The notes under the pieces: model-generated
The model's input: the letters and a program-made list of their open reading frames with translations, nothing else
What the model was told of the DNA's origin: nothing
Database searches by the model: none
Shown here: one piece after another, positions 1 to 9,842 of the stretch
How the letters are laid out: each line of letters opens with the position of its first letter
Position numbering within the stretch: the first letter of the stretch is position 1
NCBI GenBank assembly: GCA_963662655.2
Contig: CAXXTU010000002.1
Span: 928,001 to 992,000, forward strand
Length of the DNA stretch: 64,000 nucleotides
Direction: 5' to 3'
Source: Candidatus Cloacimonadales bacterium
Lineage (GTDB): Bacteria > Cloacimonadota > Cloacimonadia > Cloacimonadales > JAIOQZ01
Translations under genes and position numbers: made by a program

Positions 1-113
1 ACGACCCGTTCATTTCCGTTAAGAAGGGGCCTGGTCGTCAAACCTCTATCCGCTGCAAGAAGCACGGGAACGACGATGGCGACAAGTGCAAAGAAAACGA
101 TAATCCTTTTCAT
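1..113 (-). CDS. Secreted protein, N-terminus only (runs off the window)
   Basis: AAGGAG RBS upstream of ATG at 113; translates MKRIIVFFALVAIVVPVLLAADRG..., a signal peptide; open to the window edge. Confidence 0.65.
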   Translation of the reverse strand, partial: MKRIIVFFALVAIVVPVLLAADRGLTTRPLLNGNERV

Positions 114-122
114 GGTTGCTCC

Positions 123-1271
123 TTATTTGAGTGCATTGTAAATAATTTCTTCAATCTGCTCGATCGTGAGTTTGACCGGATTCCCCTTCATGCTGCTCGC
201 ATTCATGGCTCTCATCGCGATCATCCGGATATCGGTGGAACTGACGCCATACGCGCTGAGCGGCTTGATTTGCATGTGATGGACAATGTTTTCAATCCAC
301 GCCTGTAGTTTCCCGATCCCGCCGTCGCAGACCGTTCCCGCCGCCTCGTCGTACTTGCAAAGGATGTCCCGCTGCCCCTCCATCTGCAGAAGCTGGACGT
401 TCATCCGAATCACATGAGGCAACAGAGCGGCACACGCGGCGCCGTGAGGTATCGCGAACATCCCGCCAAGGGGGCCGGCGATCCCGTGAACCGCGCCAAG
501 CTTGGCATTTGAAAGCGCAAGGCCGCTGTAAAGAGCCGCAAGCGACATATCGCTGCGAGCTTTGATGTTGTTCCCATCGTCATAGGCATGCAGGAATGAT
601 CGGGAAACGATCCCGAGTCCTTCCCGGGACAGCATATCGCTCAAGGGATTGCTCATCGGCGTGACAAAGGCTTCCAGAAGCTGCGCGAAGGCGTCAAGCC
701 CGCAATGGGCAGTCACTTCCGGCGTCATCGACATGGTGAGTTCAGGATCGATGACCGCGATACGCGGCAGCATGCGCTCGCTTCTCATGCTGATCTTGAT
801 CTGCTTGTTCGCAGAGCGGATCACGGCGTTACGTGTCACCTCCGCCCCGGTTCCCGACGTTGTGGGAACCGCGATTAGTGGCAGTCCATTGCGCATGATT
901 TTCTTTCCGGTACCGATAATCTCGACATAATCGAGTACCTGGCCCGGATTGGTCAGCATCACGGATACTATTTTCCCGGTATCGATGACGCTTCCCCCGC
1001 CCACGGCCAATATCCAGCCAACCTGATACTGTCGGGCCACATTTACGCAATCCTTCAGCATCGCTTCTGTGGGTTCCGCTACTACGGTGATGGGAAACAC
1101 CTGATAGTGGTGCTGCATCAACAGTCTCTCGATCAGACGGGCGCGTTGATGGTTTTTGCCGGTGATCAGAAGCACCTTATGCGAGAACTCGGCTGCGAGC
1201 TGCGGAATGCGCTCGATCGCGCCTCGACCGAAAACGATATTCGAAGGGGCTCTATACTCGAACTCTACCAT
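123..1271 (-). CDS. Iron-containing alcohol dehydrogenase
   Basis: [34 protein letters not shown] and HGAACA motifs. Confidence 0.92.
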   Translation of the reverse strand: MVEFEYRAPSNIVFGRGAIERIPQLAAEFSHKVLLITGKNHQRARLIERLLMQHHYQVFPITVVAEPTEAMLKDCVNVARQYQVGWILAVGGGSVIDTGKIVSVMLTNPGQVLDYVEIIGTGKKIMRNGLPLIAVPTTSGTGAEVTRNAVIRSANKQIKISMRSERMLPRIAVIDPELTMSMTPEVTAHCGLDAFAQLLEAFVTPMSNPLSDMLSREGLGIVSRSFLHAYDDGNNIKARSDMSLAALYSGLALSNAKLGAVHGIAGPLGGMFAIPHGAACAALLPHVIRMNVQLLQMEGQRDILCKYDEAAGTVCDGGIGKLQAWIENIVHHMQIKPLSAYGVSSTDIRMIAMRAMNASSMKGNPVKLTIEQIEEIIYNALK

Positions 1272-1570
1272 AAGTCATCGCCCGGATAAAGGTTCTCGAA
1301 TTTCATGCTGGTCCTCGGCTCCGCCATCATGTTCGCTACGGTGTCGCGCCATTTCTTGTAGTGAGCAGTCTCTTTATGTTGTGCCGGGGCATCGTCGGTA
1401 CGATACTCCTCCAGCAGCATGAACTTGCTTTTCTGCCCGAGTTGCCGAATGACATCGAAGCGAGCGATCCCGGGCTCTCTGACGCTGTTTCGAGCATTCT
1501 CGAGCGTCGCCTGGAGAAACGCGTCTTCCATGCCGTCCTTGACATGGACGGTAACGTGAACGATCAACAT
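1265..1570 (-). CDS. ABM/putative quinol monooxygenase (LsrG-like) protein
   Basis: 101 aa; [34 protein letters not shown]. Confidence 0.85.
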   Translation of the reverse strand: MLIVHVTVHVKDGMEDAFLQATLENARNSVREPGIARFDVIRQLGQKSKFMLLEEYRTDDAPAQHKETAHYKKWRDTVANMMAEPRTSMKFENLYPGDDLW

Positions 1571-1579
1571 AAAAACTCC

Positions 1580-3718
1580 TTATTTCTGCTGAATCTCGAT
1601 ATTCAATAAATCTAAAAGGAACGCGTAATTGTAAGCAATCTCGCGAAGGTAGTCGTAGCGTCCCGAGGCTCCGCTGTGGCCGCTCATTTCCGTCTTGAAA
1701 ACCAGCACGTTGTCGTCCGTTTTCATCGATCTGAGCTTCGCCACCCAGCGAGCAGGTTCCCAGTACGGCACACGATTGTCCTCGATACCGGCCTTCACCA
1801 GGATATGCGGGTAATCCTGTTCCTTCAGGTTGTAATACGGATCCCAGGAATACATATAAGCAAACTGCTCGGGATCGTTCGGGTCTCCCCACTCGTTGTA
1901 ATGGTACAATGCGCCCGGGATGGTCGGGTCGAGAAGGATATCCAGTTCGTCCACGGCAGGCACATCGGCAATGACAAGCTTGAACAGGTCCGGACGCCAA
2001 ATCGAGACAACGCCCATCAGCATACCGCCGGCGCTTGCGCCTTCCGCCACGAGCTTGTCGCTATTCGTGTAACCTTCGTCGATAAGATACTCCGCACAGG
2101 CGATATAATCGCTGAAGGTATTCCTCTTGGTCATCAGGCGGCCCTGATCGTGCCACCATTCCCCCCATTCGCTGCCGCCGCGTACATGGGCGATCGCGTA
2201 GGTAAAACCGCGATTGACCAGGGAGAGGAAGTTCGGATCGAAATAAGCTTCGGAAGTATCGCCATACGAACCGTACGCGTACAGATAAAGCGGCGATTCC
2301 CGATTCTCGTTCTCCTTTCGATACAATAGGGTTATCGGGATTTTGACGCTATCTTCCACGGTTGTGAAAACTCGCCGGGTGACATACTCTTCCGGATGAT
2401 AACCGTCGGGAACATCGTATCGCTTGAGAAACACAAGGGAATCCTGCTCCAGGTCGTACTCGTAAATCGTGCTTGGCGCGGTCATCGACGTGTATGTCAG
2501 GCGGTAACGATGATTTTCGAACTCCGGATTCCAGTGCGCCCAGAACGAGTAGACCTCCTGTGGGAAATCCACCTCACGAACGCCCCCCGTTCGGAAATCG
2601 AACACCTTCATGTGCTCCAGCGCGTTTCGCTGCTCCTGGATGACCATGTAATCCTTGAAAACGTCAAAACTGTTAACCGTCGCGTCTCCGCACGGCTCAT
2701 AATAGGCGGTCCATTGATCGGGTTTATCGAAGGACGCGGTGTAGATTCCGAAGCAATCGGAATCCTTGTTCGTCATGATATATAACAAGCTGTCAACAGG
2801 CTCGACATAGTATTCGACAGATTCTTCACGCGGTTTGATCAGCGTGAACTCCGCTTCCGGCTGATCCGCCGGGAGGTATCTGTATTCCGTGACATCATTG
2901 CTCGCGGCTCCGAACATCAGCCATTTCCGGTTTCTGCTGAGTGAGACCCACAGCGAAAAAGAGCAATCTTCCTCGCGGTACAGAACCGGATCCTGATCGG
3001 GATTGTCCCCGAGCCTGTGCCGGTAGAGAACGGAAGGGCTCTCGCGATCTTCCTCGAGATCGCAGATATAGAACAAAGTGCGGTTGTCCGTCGACCACGC
3101 GCAGGAATTCACGTACGGGATCACATCCTGGAGCATCTCGCCAGTCTGCAGATCCTTGATGTACATCGTGTAGCTCTCGAAACCCGTCGTATCCACCGAG
3201 TAAGCAAGGTATCGCTGGTTCGGGCTGTATTCCATCAGGCCGATTTCGAAGAAGTCATGATCCTTCGCCATTTCATTGACATCGAGGATGATTTCTTCCT
3301 TGCCCAACATCGAATTGGGTCTCCGGCAATAGATCGAATACTGTTCGCCCTCGACGGTTCTCACGTAGTAGTAGTAGGAACCTACCCTCACGGGAATGGA
3401 TGTGTCGGTTTCCTTGATCTGAGCTTTCATTTCCCTGAAAAGGTACTCGATATCGTCGTCCAAATCAGCGGTTACACGCTCCGCGTACGCATTCTCGGCC
3501 TTCACGTAATCGAGCGCGTCCTCTTTGTTGCGATCCTTGTCGATCATCCAGTGGTATGGATCGTCGAGAACCGTTCCATGTAAGGTCTGGCTGAATGCAA
3601 TGCGTTTTGCGGCAGGTGGGTTATATCTTGAAGCCCGGTCTATGATGCGTGAGCAATTCAAACTGGAGATCGGCAATAATAACAATACGAATAAATACAA
3701 GCACAGCAATCGTTTCAT
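1580..3718 (-). CDS. ptrB: Oligopeptidase B (S9A) with N-terminal signal peptide
   Basis: DDPYHWM, YAYGSYG, HVRGGSEWG, GASAGG (Ser), DNRVPYWEP (Asp), SGHSG (His). Confidence 0.9.
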   Translation of the reverse strand: MKRLLCLYLFVLLLLPISSLNCSRIIDRASRYNPPAAKRIAFSQTLHGTVLDDPYHWMIDKDRNKEDALDYVKAENAYAERVTADLDDDIEYLFREMKAQIKETDTSIPVRVGSYYYYVRTVEGEQYSIYCRRPNSMLGKEEIILDVNEMAKDHDFFEIGLMEYSPNQRYLAYSVDTTGFESYTMYIKDLQTGEMLQDVIPYVNSCAWSTDNRTLFYICDLEEDRESPSVLYRHRLGDNPDQDPVLYREEDCSFSLWVSLSRNRKWLMFGAASNDVTEYRYLPADQPEAEFTLIKPREESVEYYVEPVDSLLYIMTNKDSDCFGIYTASFDKPDQWTAYYEPCGDATVNSFDVFKDYMVIQEQRNALEHMKVFDFRTGGVREVDFPQEVYSFWAHWNPEFENHRYRLTYTSMTAPSTIYEYDLEQDSLVFLKRYDVPDGYHPEEYVTRRVFTTVEDSVKIPITLLYRKENENRESPLYLYAYGSYGDTSEAYFDPNFLSLVNRGFTYAIAHVRGGSEWGEWWHDQGRLMTKRNTFSDYIACAEYLIDEGYTNSDKLVAEGASAGGMLMGVVSIWRPDLFKLVIADVPAVDELDILLDPTIPGALYHYNEWGDPNDPEQFAYMYSWDPYYNLKEQDYPHILVKAGIEDNRVPYWEPARWVAKLRSMKTDDNVLVFKTEMSGHSGASGRYDYLREIAYNYAFLLDLLNIEIQQK

Positions 3719-3744
3719 ACATTTCTTTCTTTCTTGGTTTATTT

Positions 3745-4137
3745 TTATGCGAGCGGAGCCGTTACAAGGTTACCATTATCGTCGTAACGAGCTCTGTATC
3801 TCATGCGTGTTCCATACTGAAGCGATAAACGAATTTCCGAGGAGCTCAACTCCCTCGGAAAGTAGGTACCGGAGATGTGCGCGCCGTGGATGCTGGCGCC
3901 TTCCATAATACAGGTTTTCATGTTCAAGCCGCGGAGATCCGATTGCCGGAAATAGCAATTCGAGAAATCGATGTTCTCCACGTCGAATCCGCGCAGGTCG
4001 ATCGCACGGAAATCGAGTCCGCTGAAGTCCGGCGATTCCTTCTCCGTTTCTCGCAAACGGTTGAACTCATCGGTCTTGCCTTGCCGAATCAACTGGTACA
4101 TGCGTTCCGGGATCACTTTAGGACGTTCGTCGATCAT
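3745..4137 (-). CDS. Pentapeptide repeat protein
   Basis: DFSGLDFRAIDLRGFDVENIDFSNCYFRQSDLRG periodicity; AGGAGG RBS. Confidence 0.85.
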   Translation of the reverse strand: MIDERPKVIPERMYQLIRQGKTDEFNRLRETEKESPDFSGLDFRAIDLRGFDVENIDFSNCYFRQSDLRGLNMKTCIMEGASIHGAHISGTYFPRELSSSEIRLSLQYGTRMRYRARYDDNGNLVTAPLA

Positions 4138-4213
4138 GGTTCCTCCTTGAGATAATAAGAGTCCTACAGCTTGTCAGGCTGTTCTCTGTAACGAAATCAT
4201 TGATGAGGTTAGA

Positions 4214-4330
4214 TTAGTTTGAATGCTTCTCAACCTTCTTTTCTTGCTTGAGCTTACGCTTCTCTTTCAGCGTGTGTTTCGCCTTCTTCTTGGCATCTTC
4301 TTTGGTAATGACCTTGCTCTGCTTACTCAT
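4214..4330 (-). CDS. 38-aa lysine-rich small protein MSKQSKVITKEDAKKKAKHTLKEKRKLKQEKKVEKHSN
   Basis: AGGAGG RBS 5 nt before ATG; TTGACA-like -35 at 4394-4399 on the minus strand; clean ORF; below the ORF-track cutoff. Confidence 0.7.
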   Translation of the reverse strand: MSKQSKVITKEDAKKKAKHTLKEKRKLKQEKKVEKHSN

Positions 4331-4446
4331 GACAGCCTCCTGTAAAGGTTTATCAGCAAGTTTCATGTATTTTGCGGAGAATTATTTTATCAGTGTCAAG
4401 CGATTCCTTTAAAAAGCTGCAAAAAACAAGAATGTGTATATCTTAT

Positions 4447-6387
4447 CTATTTTATCATCAATAGTTTTTTAGCATACATATCATATTTTACTTTCATTAC
4501 GATATAGTAAATCCCAGTTGAAACAGTTTTTCCATGTTCATCCATGCCATTCCAAGCCGCTTTGTGCATTCCAGCGTCGATATACCCGGAATAGAGCCGC
4601 CGCACCCGCTGGCCGCGCGCATTGTAGATGTCCAGCCGAACATGCTGCGCTTCCTGCAACCGATACCTGATACAGGTAGACGGATTGAACGGATTGGGGA
4701 AGCCTCCCAACAATCCGGTTGCGCACTCGGCTTCTGGCGAGTCGCTCGCTGCGAGCCCCACCTCCACCCGCCAGCGCACCTCCGTGGCGTAGTGGGTATC
4801 GCTAATCGCACAAAGAACTTCATGAACGCCCTGGACGTTGAAATTGTCGATGAAAGACGAATACGGAACGCCCTCATTGTTGCCGTCGACCCACCAGCTA
4901 TAATGCAACACATTGTTGTCGTCGGAAGCGCTGACCGTGAAATGGATTTGTGCACCCAACGGGACTGCCAGGAGCGTGTCTTCCGGGCTGAAACTCACCA
5001 CCTCCGGTGGAGAATTAAGCTCAACCTGGATATAACCCTCCCGCGTCAACGATGAATAATTCGTCCCGTCGGATATTCTCAGCGTCACATCGAAGTTTCC
5101 CGCGTTTTCGTATGTCCAGCTCGAAAGCGGTCCCGTTCCATCCCATACGCCGTCGCCATCGAAGTCCCAGTCCCATTGCATCACGTTTCCGGTCGACGTG
5201 CTGTAAAACTGTACTTCCAGAGGTGTATCGCCAGCCTGAATGTCGCTGTAGAAATCCGAGCGAAGCCCCTCGAACCGCATCAAGAAAGGCATTTCGAATG
5301 GAGAAGATAAAAGCTCGCGGCTCCCACCCACGATAAATCCCCCGTCCGGCGTGCCGGCTATCGAATAGGCCACATCGAATGCCTCGATATCATCCGTGAC
5401 ATACGACCACAGCCCGGTACCACTCGAATTCCGCTTTGTGATATAAAAGTGATTGTTGTCGTCCGTCGAGTGAGTCGCTCCCGCGACGATGACGCAATCA
5501 TCCGGCGTGTAGATGAGCTCCCTGCCGGAGTCCGTCGCATCTCCGCCATAGGATACGCTCCAGACGATATCCCCTTCGGGATTCATCTTCAGCAGCCATA
5601 CGTCGTTGTTCTCGCCAGTCGCGGACACCCTGTACCCAGTGAACACGAAGTCGCCCTCGTTCGTCTCGACCGCGTCCCGCAAAATCTCATAACTCAGACC
5701 GCCAACCACGCGACTCCACAGGGTATCGCCCTGAGAATTGCAGTAAAGAACCAGACCGTCCTGTTCGCTATCGACATCCCGCCTTCCCGCGAGCAGAAGA
5801 TTCCCATCTGCCGTAACCAGCACATCGTTGATTGTCTCATCTCCCCCGAAATCCCAGCTCCGCGTCCACAGGGAGTCCCCGTTCATGTCCAGCGCGAGGA
5901 GCCATGCGTCATCCGTGGAGTCCCGCCGCGTGTATCCAGCGCAGAATATCGTGTTTTCCAGCGCAGCTACGCTGTTGAGTTCCTGCCGAAGCGAGTCTCT
6001 GAAGCTTCTAGTCCAGAGCGTATCCCCCGCCGCAGTCATACGTGCACACCAGCCATCACGAGCATTGAATCCCTGAGAAACCATGCCGGCAATGAAAAAC
6101 TCATCGTCCGAGTATGCGCATAATGAATTGATTTGTATCGCTGAGTCGCACTCGATCTGTGCATTCCATGCAACGCCGCCGTCATCGTTTATTCGGTACA
6201 CGTACCCAGACGAGGCATATTCACCGTTGACCGCGATGAATCCACCCTGCTCCAAGGCTATAATCCCCCGAAACGATTGACCTGAGTCCGTGGGATACAA
6301 TTGCGTCCAAAGCGTATCCGGCGCAGCCTGAGCAGACATGCAAATGGATAAGATATAAAAGGAAACGACGAAGAATCTCCTCAGCAT
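4447..6387 (-). CDS. Secreted beta-propeller-like repeat + PKD + FlgD-Ig C-terminal domain protein
   Basis: Signal peptide; repeated GDTLWTR/GDSLWTR units; PKD WDWDFDGDG; PNPFNPS C-terminal domain. Start set at ATG 6387 after a GAGGTG RBS. Confidence 0.8.
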   Translation of the reverse strand: MLRRFFVVSFYILSICMSAQAAPDTLWTQLYPTDSGQSFRGIIALEQGGFIAVNGEYASSGYVYRINDDGGVAWNAQIECDSAIQINSLCAYSDDEFFIAGMVSQGFNARDGWCARMTAAGDTLWTRSFRDSLRQELNSVAALENTIFCAGYTRRDSTDDAWLLALDMNGDSLWTRSWDFGGDETINDVLVTADGNLLLAGRRDVDSEQDGLVLYCNSQGDTLWSRVVGGLSYEILRDAVETNEGDFVFTGYRVSATGENNDVWLLKMNPEGDIVWSVSYGGDATDSGRELIYTPDDCVIVAGATHSTDDNNHFYITKRNSSGTGLWSYVTDDIEAFDVAYSIAGTPDGGFIVGGSRELLSSPFEMPFLMRFEGLRSDFYSDIQAGDTPLEVQFYSTSTGNVMQWDWDFDGDGVWDGTGPLSSWTYENAGNFDVTLRISDGTNYSSLTREGYIQVELNSPPEVVSFSPEDTLLAVPLGAQIHFTVSASDDNNVLHYSWWVDGNNEGVPYSSFIDNFNVQGVHEVLCAISDTHYATEVRWRVEVGLAASDSPEAECATGLLGGFPNPFNPSTCIRYRLQEAQHVRLDIYNARGQRVRRLYSGYIDAGMHKAAWNGMDEHGKTVSTGIYYIVMKVKYDMYAKKLLMIK

Positions 6388-6405
6388 AATCAACACCTCG
6401 ACCTA

Positions 6406-6434
6406 ATTATCATACCAACATAGAAACAGGTCAA
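6406..6434 (-). promoter_or_regulatory. Sigma70-type promoter
   Basis: TTGACC-17 nt-GATAAT directly upstream of the RBS of the 6387 gene. Confidence 0.5.
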
Positions 6435-6465
6435 GAGAACATTTTGCTGAGGTTATCGCACTACG

Positions 6466-7809
6466 TTATAAAATCCCCGTGGGATGCTTTGAAGATTTAC
6501 CATGGATGAAATTCCAGATGATCCCGATTCCCCAGAAAGCCAGGATGATGATGAAAGCGTCCACTGGATGTCGATAACGTTCGATCCCGAATGTGATAAC
6601 GTGCAGTAGCATCTGTACGAAGATCGGCAGTATCAGTATTGATGCAAGCCGCACCCGCTTCACGAATGAGATGACGATAGCGAGAAGAGCGAAAGGTATC
6701 AGAATTCCGTACTGCAAGAGTGAAATCAAATTGTGCTTCAGGCTGAATCCCATCTCGAAATATGCCATGGGAAAGGGAGCGTAGCTTCTTCCTTTGGGAT
6801 GTATTGGAGCCCACATTTTTTTGAAGAAATACCACTTACGGCCAAGAAACGTTTTCGAGGCTGTCTTGCCGGCAAGTATCGCTTTTATCTCCAGATCGGA
6901 ACGGTTCCTGGGATTGAATCCCATTTTTACCGAGTCCCGTTCGGCCTGCCTGGGATAGTTTTCGTTGTAAGAACGGAAATGCAGTGTTGAATATGCTGAA
7001 TCAATGATTGCAGTGTTGAAGAGTTCGTTTCGTTCCGAGACTTCATCTCCCGTGAGATTCAATGTATATTTGCTGACAATGACAACATCGCCGTAAACGT
7101 AGTAATTTCTGATTGTCCAGGGGATTGTGCACAATATTACGATAATCCCGAAGAATACGTATTGTTTGATTGCAGCTATCAAAGGACGTGTATTGATTGC
7201 GAAAACGATGAATAGAAACGGTGCGAAAAAAAGATATCTTCCGTCTGTATGAAAAAGAATCGTGTAAACAACGGCAGGCAAAATCAGATGAGAAATCCCT
7301 CTCATTTTCTTGTGGAAGAACCTTGCGAGCAAGTAGAACAGCAATGCCATCAGAAAGTAAACAAGCGTCTCTCTCAATAACGTACCCACTCGCCGAAGAT
7401 AATAAACGTAGAACCCCGCCCAAAGCATGGCTAAATAAGAAGTTACAGGATTGCCGGTGATTATTGTCGATAGTCTATAAATAATAAGAAGCATCAACAC
7501 TGCGATTATGGACTGGAAAATATACACTTCCCTGAAGGACTCCATTCCAAAAACACGATAGAAAATCGAAAGCACCATGGGGTAAAATGGCTCCCTGAAG
7601 CTACCATAATTACTCGTATCCGTTAGCCATTCCGTTCCGGAAGCCATTGACGTTGCATAATCGTTATAAGATTTCTCGTCGCTGAAGCTTTGCTTTGAAT
7701 ATTGTCCGTGACTAATCACCAGAAACAAGCATACAAACAAAAAGAAAATAAGCGATATGAAAACAACCTTCTTTTCATGCCTTCCGAACATTTCTGCAAC
7801 AAAACCCAT
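6466..7809 (-). CDS. GT-C fold (ArnT/PMT-like) membrane glycosyltransferase
   Basis: Multi-TM; SDEKSY near the N-terminus, FREPFYP, PWTIRNYY, ERYRHP. Confidence 0.7.
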   Translation of the reverse strand: MGFVAEMFGRHEKKVVFISLIFFLFVCLFLVISHGQYSKQSFSDEKSYNDYATSMASGTEWLTDTSNYGSFREPFYPMVLSIFYRVFGMESFREVYIFQSIIAVLMLLIIYRLSTIITGNPVTSYLAMLWAGFYVYYLRRVGTLLRETLVYFLMALLFYLLARFFHKKMRGISHLILPAVVYTILFHTDGRYLFFAPFLFIVFAINTRPLIAAIKQYVFFGIIVILCTIPWTIRNYYVYGDVVIVSKYTLNLTGDEVSERNELFNTAIIDSAYSTLHFRSYNENYPRQAERDSVKMGFNPRNRSDLEIKAILAGKTASKTFLGRKWYFFKKMWAPIHPKGRSYAPFPMAYFEMGFSLKHNLISLLQYGILIPFALLAIVISFVKRVRLASILILPIFVQMLLHVITFGIERYRHPVDAFIIILAFWGIGIIWNFIHGKSSKHPTGIL

Positions 7810-7963
7810 GATTCCTCCATTTTTCCATCACATTGCTGTATATTATACGCTCAATGATTGTGTCAAGTATTTCGACGAACCTCTTAGCTCGTTATCGATC
7901 AAATGCATGATACGATGCTATTTTCTTTTGACATGTACTCGATTCATTTTATTCTATCTCAAT

Positions 7964-9703
7964 ATGAAAAAGACAATACTCATTGGAACGTTATTTATAT
8001 GTCTGTCTGTGCTTTACGCTCAGACGTCCATTGGAGACACACTCACCGTGATCCAGAAACCGTTGCTCAATATTCCAGAGATCGTTACGCCCGGAGAAAC
8101 ATTCAAGATCGAATGCGACGCTCCGCCGTCAACGGATGGGTGGTCTGCCGAAATCATTCACGGACAAACGGTCATTCCCATGCAGCTCAACGCGGCAAAC
8201 TACTATACGTCGCTCGGACGATGGGTTCTTCAATGCACGGCTCCCGAGAATCCGCCACTATATGAAATCTACGATTTGCACGTTTCGGCCAACGGCGACG
8301 TCGATGATATCGAGAAACATGCCGTACACTTGATACCGGCGGAACGAGACTCCTATACCTTCATTCATATCACCGACACCCACCTCCCGACGACGCTCTA
8401 TTATTACGAGGATGGAGCGGATGAAGATTCATCCAGCGTCATCGATTTGCGAGAGGTGATCAACGACATCAATATCATCAATCCGGAATTCGTGCTCTTT
8501 ACCGGAGATGTGGTTCACGAAGGCGAACTGGAGGATTTCCTCGAAAAGAGGTATTATACGCGAGCCAAAAGGCTCCTTGCCGAGTTGGATGTACCGGTGT
8601 TCGTCACATCGGGAAACCACGATATTGGTGGCTGGGACAGCACACCCCCGCCTGATGGCACGTCGAGAAAAAACTGGTGGAAGTTCTTCGGATGGAACCG
8701 CCTGGCAGATCCGCCCAGCGGAGACCCGTATTACACGCAAAACTACAGCTTCGACTATGGCAACGTTCACTACATGGGTATGGAAGCCTATGATAACTAC
8801 GACCAATACATGACCTGGATTTACGGCTACGAAAGCTTTACACAAGGACAGATGGACTGGCTGGAAGAAGAACTTACGGGTTCCGAGAACGCGACCAACC
8901 GTGTGCTGTTCTACCACTTCGATTTCTCCGACCAGATCGACCTGCACGATATGGATGTCGATCTTGCTTTGTGGGGACACATTCACTACGACTCCGGCAG
9001 CACGCATTACCACCCGTACGACCTCGCTACCGACAACGTATGCAACGGTGGCAGAGCGTTCCGTCCCGTGCATGTGGCCGGCAACATCGTCGATCCCCAG
9101 GAAACACTGTATGCCGGTTACAGCGGCACGAATTTGCGCATTACCTATACCCCTTCGAACGAAGGCGTCGCTGATTCCGTATATGCGCTCGTACGTAATG
9201 GACTCGAGCAGTCTTTCGCGAACTGCCAGTTGAAATTCGTCATGCCCTCCAGCGAACACGGCTACAATGTGGCCGGTGGCGAGCTGTTTCAGGTGGATCG
9301 TAGCGACGATTTCAACGTATGCTACGTTAGATTCGACATGCCGGAGGATCAGGACGTGATCGTAACAATCGCCGAGGACAACAATATCGCAACGGATCCG
9401 GACGAACCGGCTTTTCCGGCCCCTGTCTGCTCGGAGATCACACAGGTTTCACCCAATCCGTTCAATCCTGAGACGAGGATTTTCTACTCGCTATCAGAGG
9501 ATTCGGACGTCAGAATCAAGATTTACAATGCCAGGGGAGCGCTCGTTGACGATATAAATCTGGGCAGGCAAACTGCCGGAAGCCACTCGAAGAGCTGGAG
9601 CGCTACCAATGGGAAAGGCAACAGAATTACATCGGGAGTGTACTTGATTCGACTGATTGCCGGGAAAAAGGAATCCATTCGGAAGGCCATCCTTTTGAAG
9701 TGA
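7964..9703 (+). CDS. Secreted calcineurin-like metallophosphoesterase with FlgD-Ig C-terminal domain
   Basis: DTH, GD, GNHD and GHIH motifs; signal peptide MKKTILIG; PNPFNPET. Confidence 0.85.
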   Translation: MKKTILIGTLFICLSVLYAQTSIGDTLTVIQKPLLNIPEIVTPGETFKIECDAPPSTDGWSAEIIHGQTVIPMQLNAANYYTSLGRWVLQCTAPENPPLYEIYDLHVSANGDVDDIEKHAVHLIPAERDSYTFIHITDTHLPTTLYYYEDGADEDSSSVIDLREVINDINIINPEFVLFTGDVVHEGELEDFLEKRYYTRAKRLLAELDVPVFVTSGNHDIGGWDSTPPPDGTSRKNWWKFFGWNRLADPPSGDPYYTQNYSFDYGNVHYMGMEAYDNYDQYMTWIYGYESFTQGQMDWLEEELTGSENATNRVLFYHFDFSDQIDLHDMDVDLALWGHIHYDSGSTHYHPYDLATDNVCNGGRAFRPVHVAGNIVDPQETLYAGYSGTNLRITYTPSNEGVADSVYALVRNGLEQSFANCQLKFVMPSSEHGYNVAGGELFQVDRSDDFNVCYVRFDMPEDQDVIVTIAEDNNIATDPDEPAFPAPVCSEITQVSPNPFNPETRIFYSLSEDSDVRIKIYNARGALVDDINLGRQTAGSHSKSWSATNGKGNRITSGVYLIRLIAGKKESIRKAILLK

Positions 9704-9842
9704 TGTAATCGACTTTTTGCCCGCATATTCCTGCGTTTTCCTGAAAACGTAGAGCAAAATTCAGTTGCTTTACTGCAAATTTGAGCTAATCAGCTTGACA
9801 ATTTTACCGATAATCCAATTGATGCAACATGGAGGTATCGAA

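Noticed and set aside
7757..7963. N-terminal extensions in the ORF track (7757, 9765, 30469, 35267, 38837, 45568, 54684, 61236)
   Set aside because: They overlap neighbouring genes or promoter regions; downstream ATGs have better RBS, signal-peptide or domain starts
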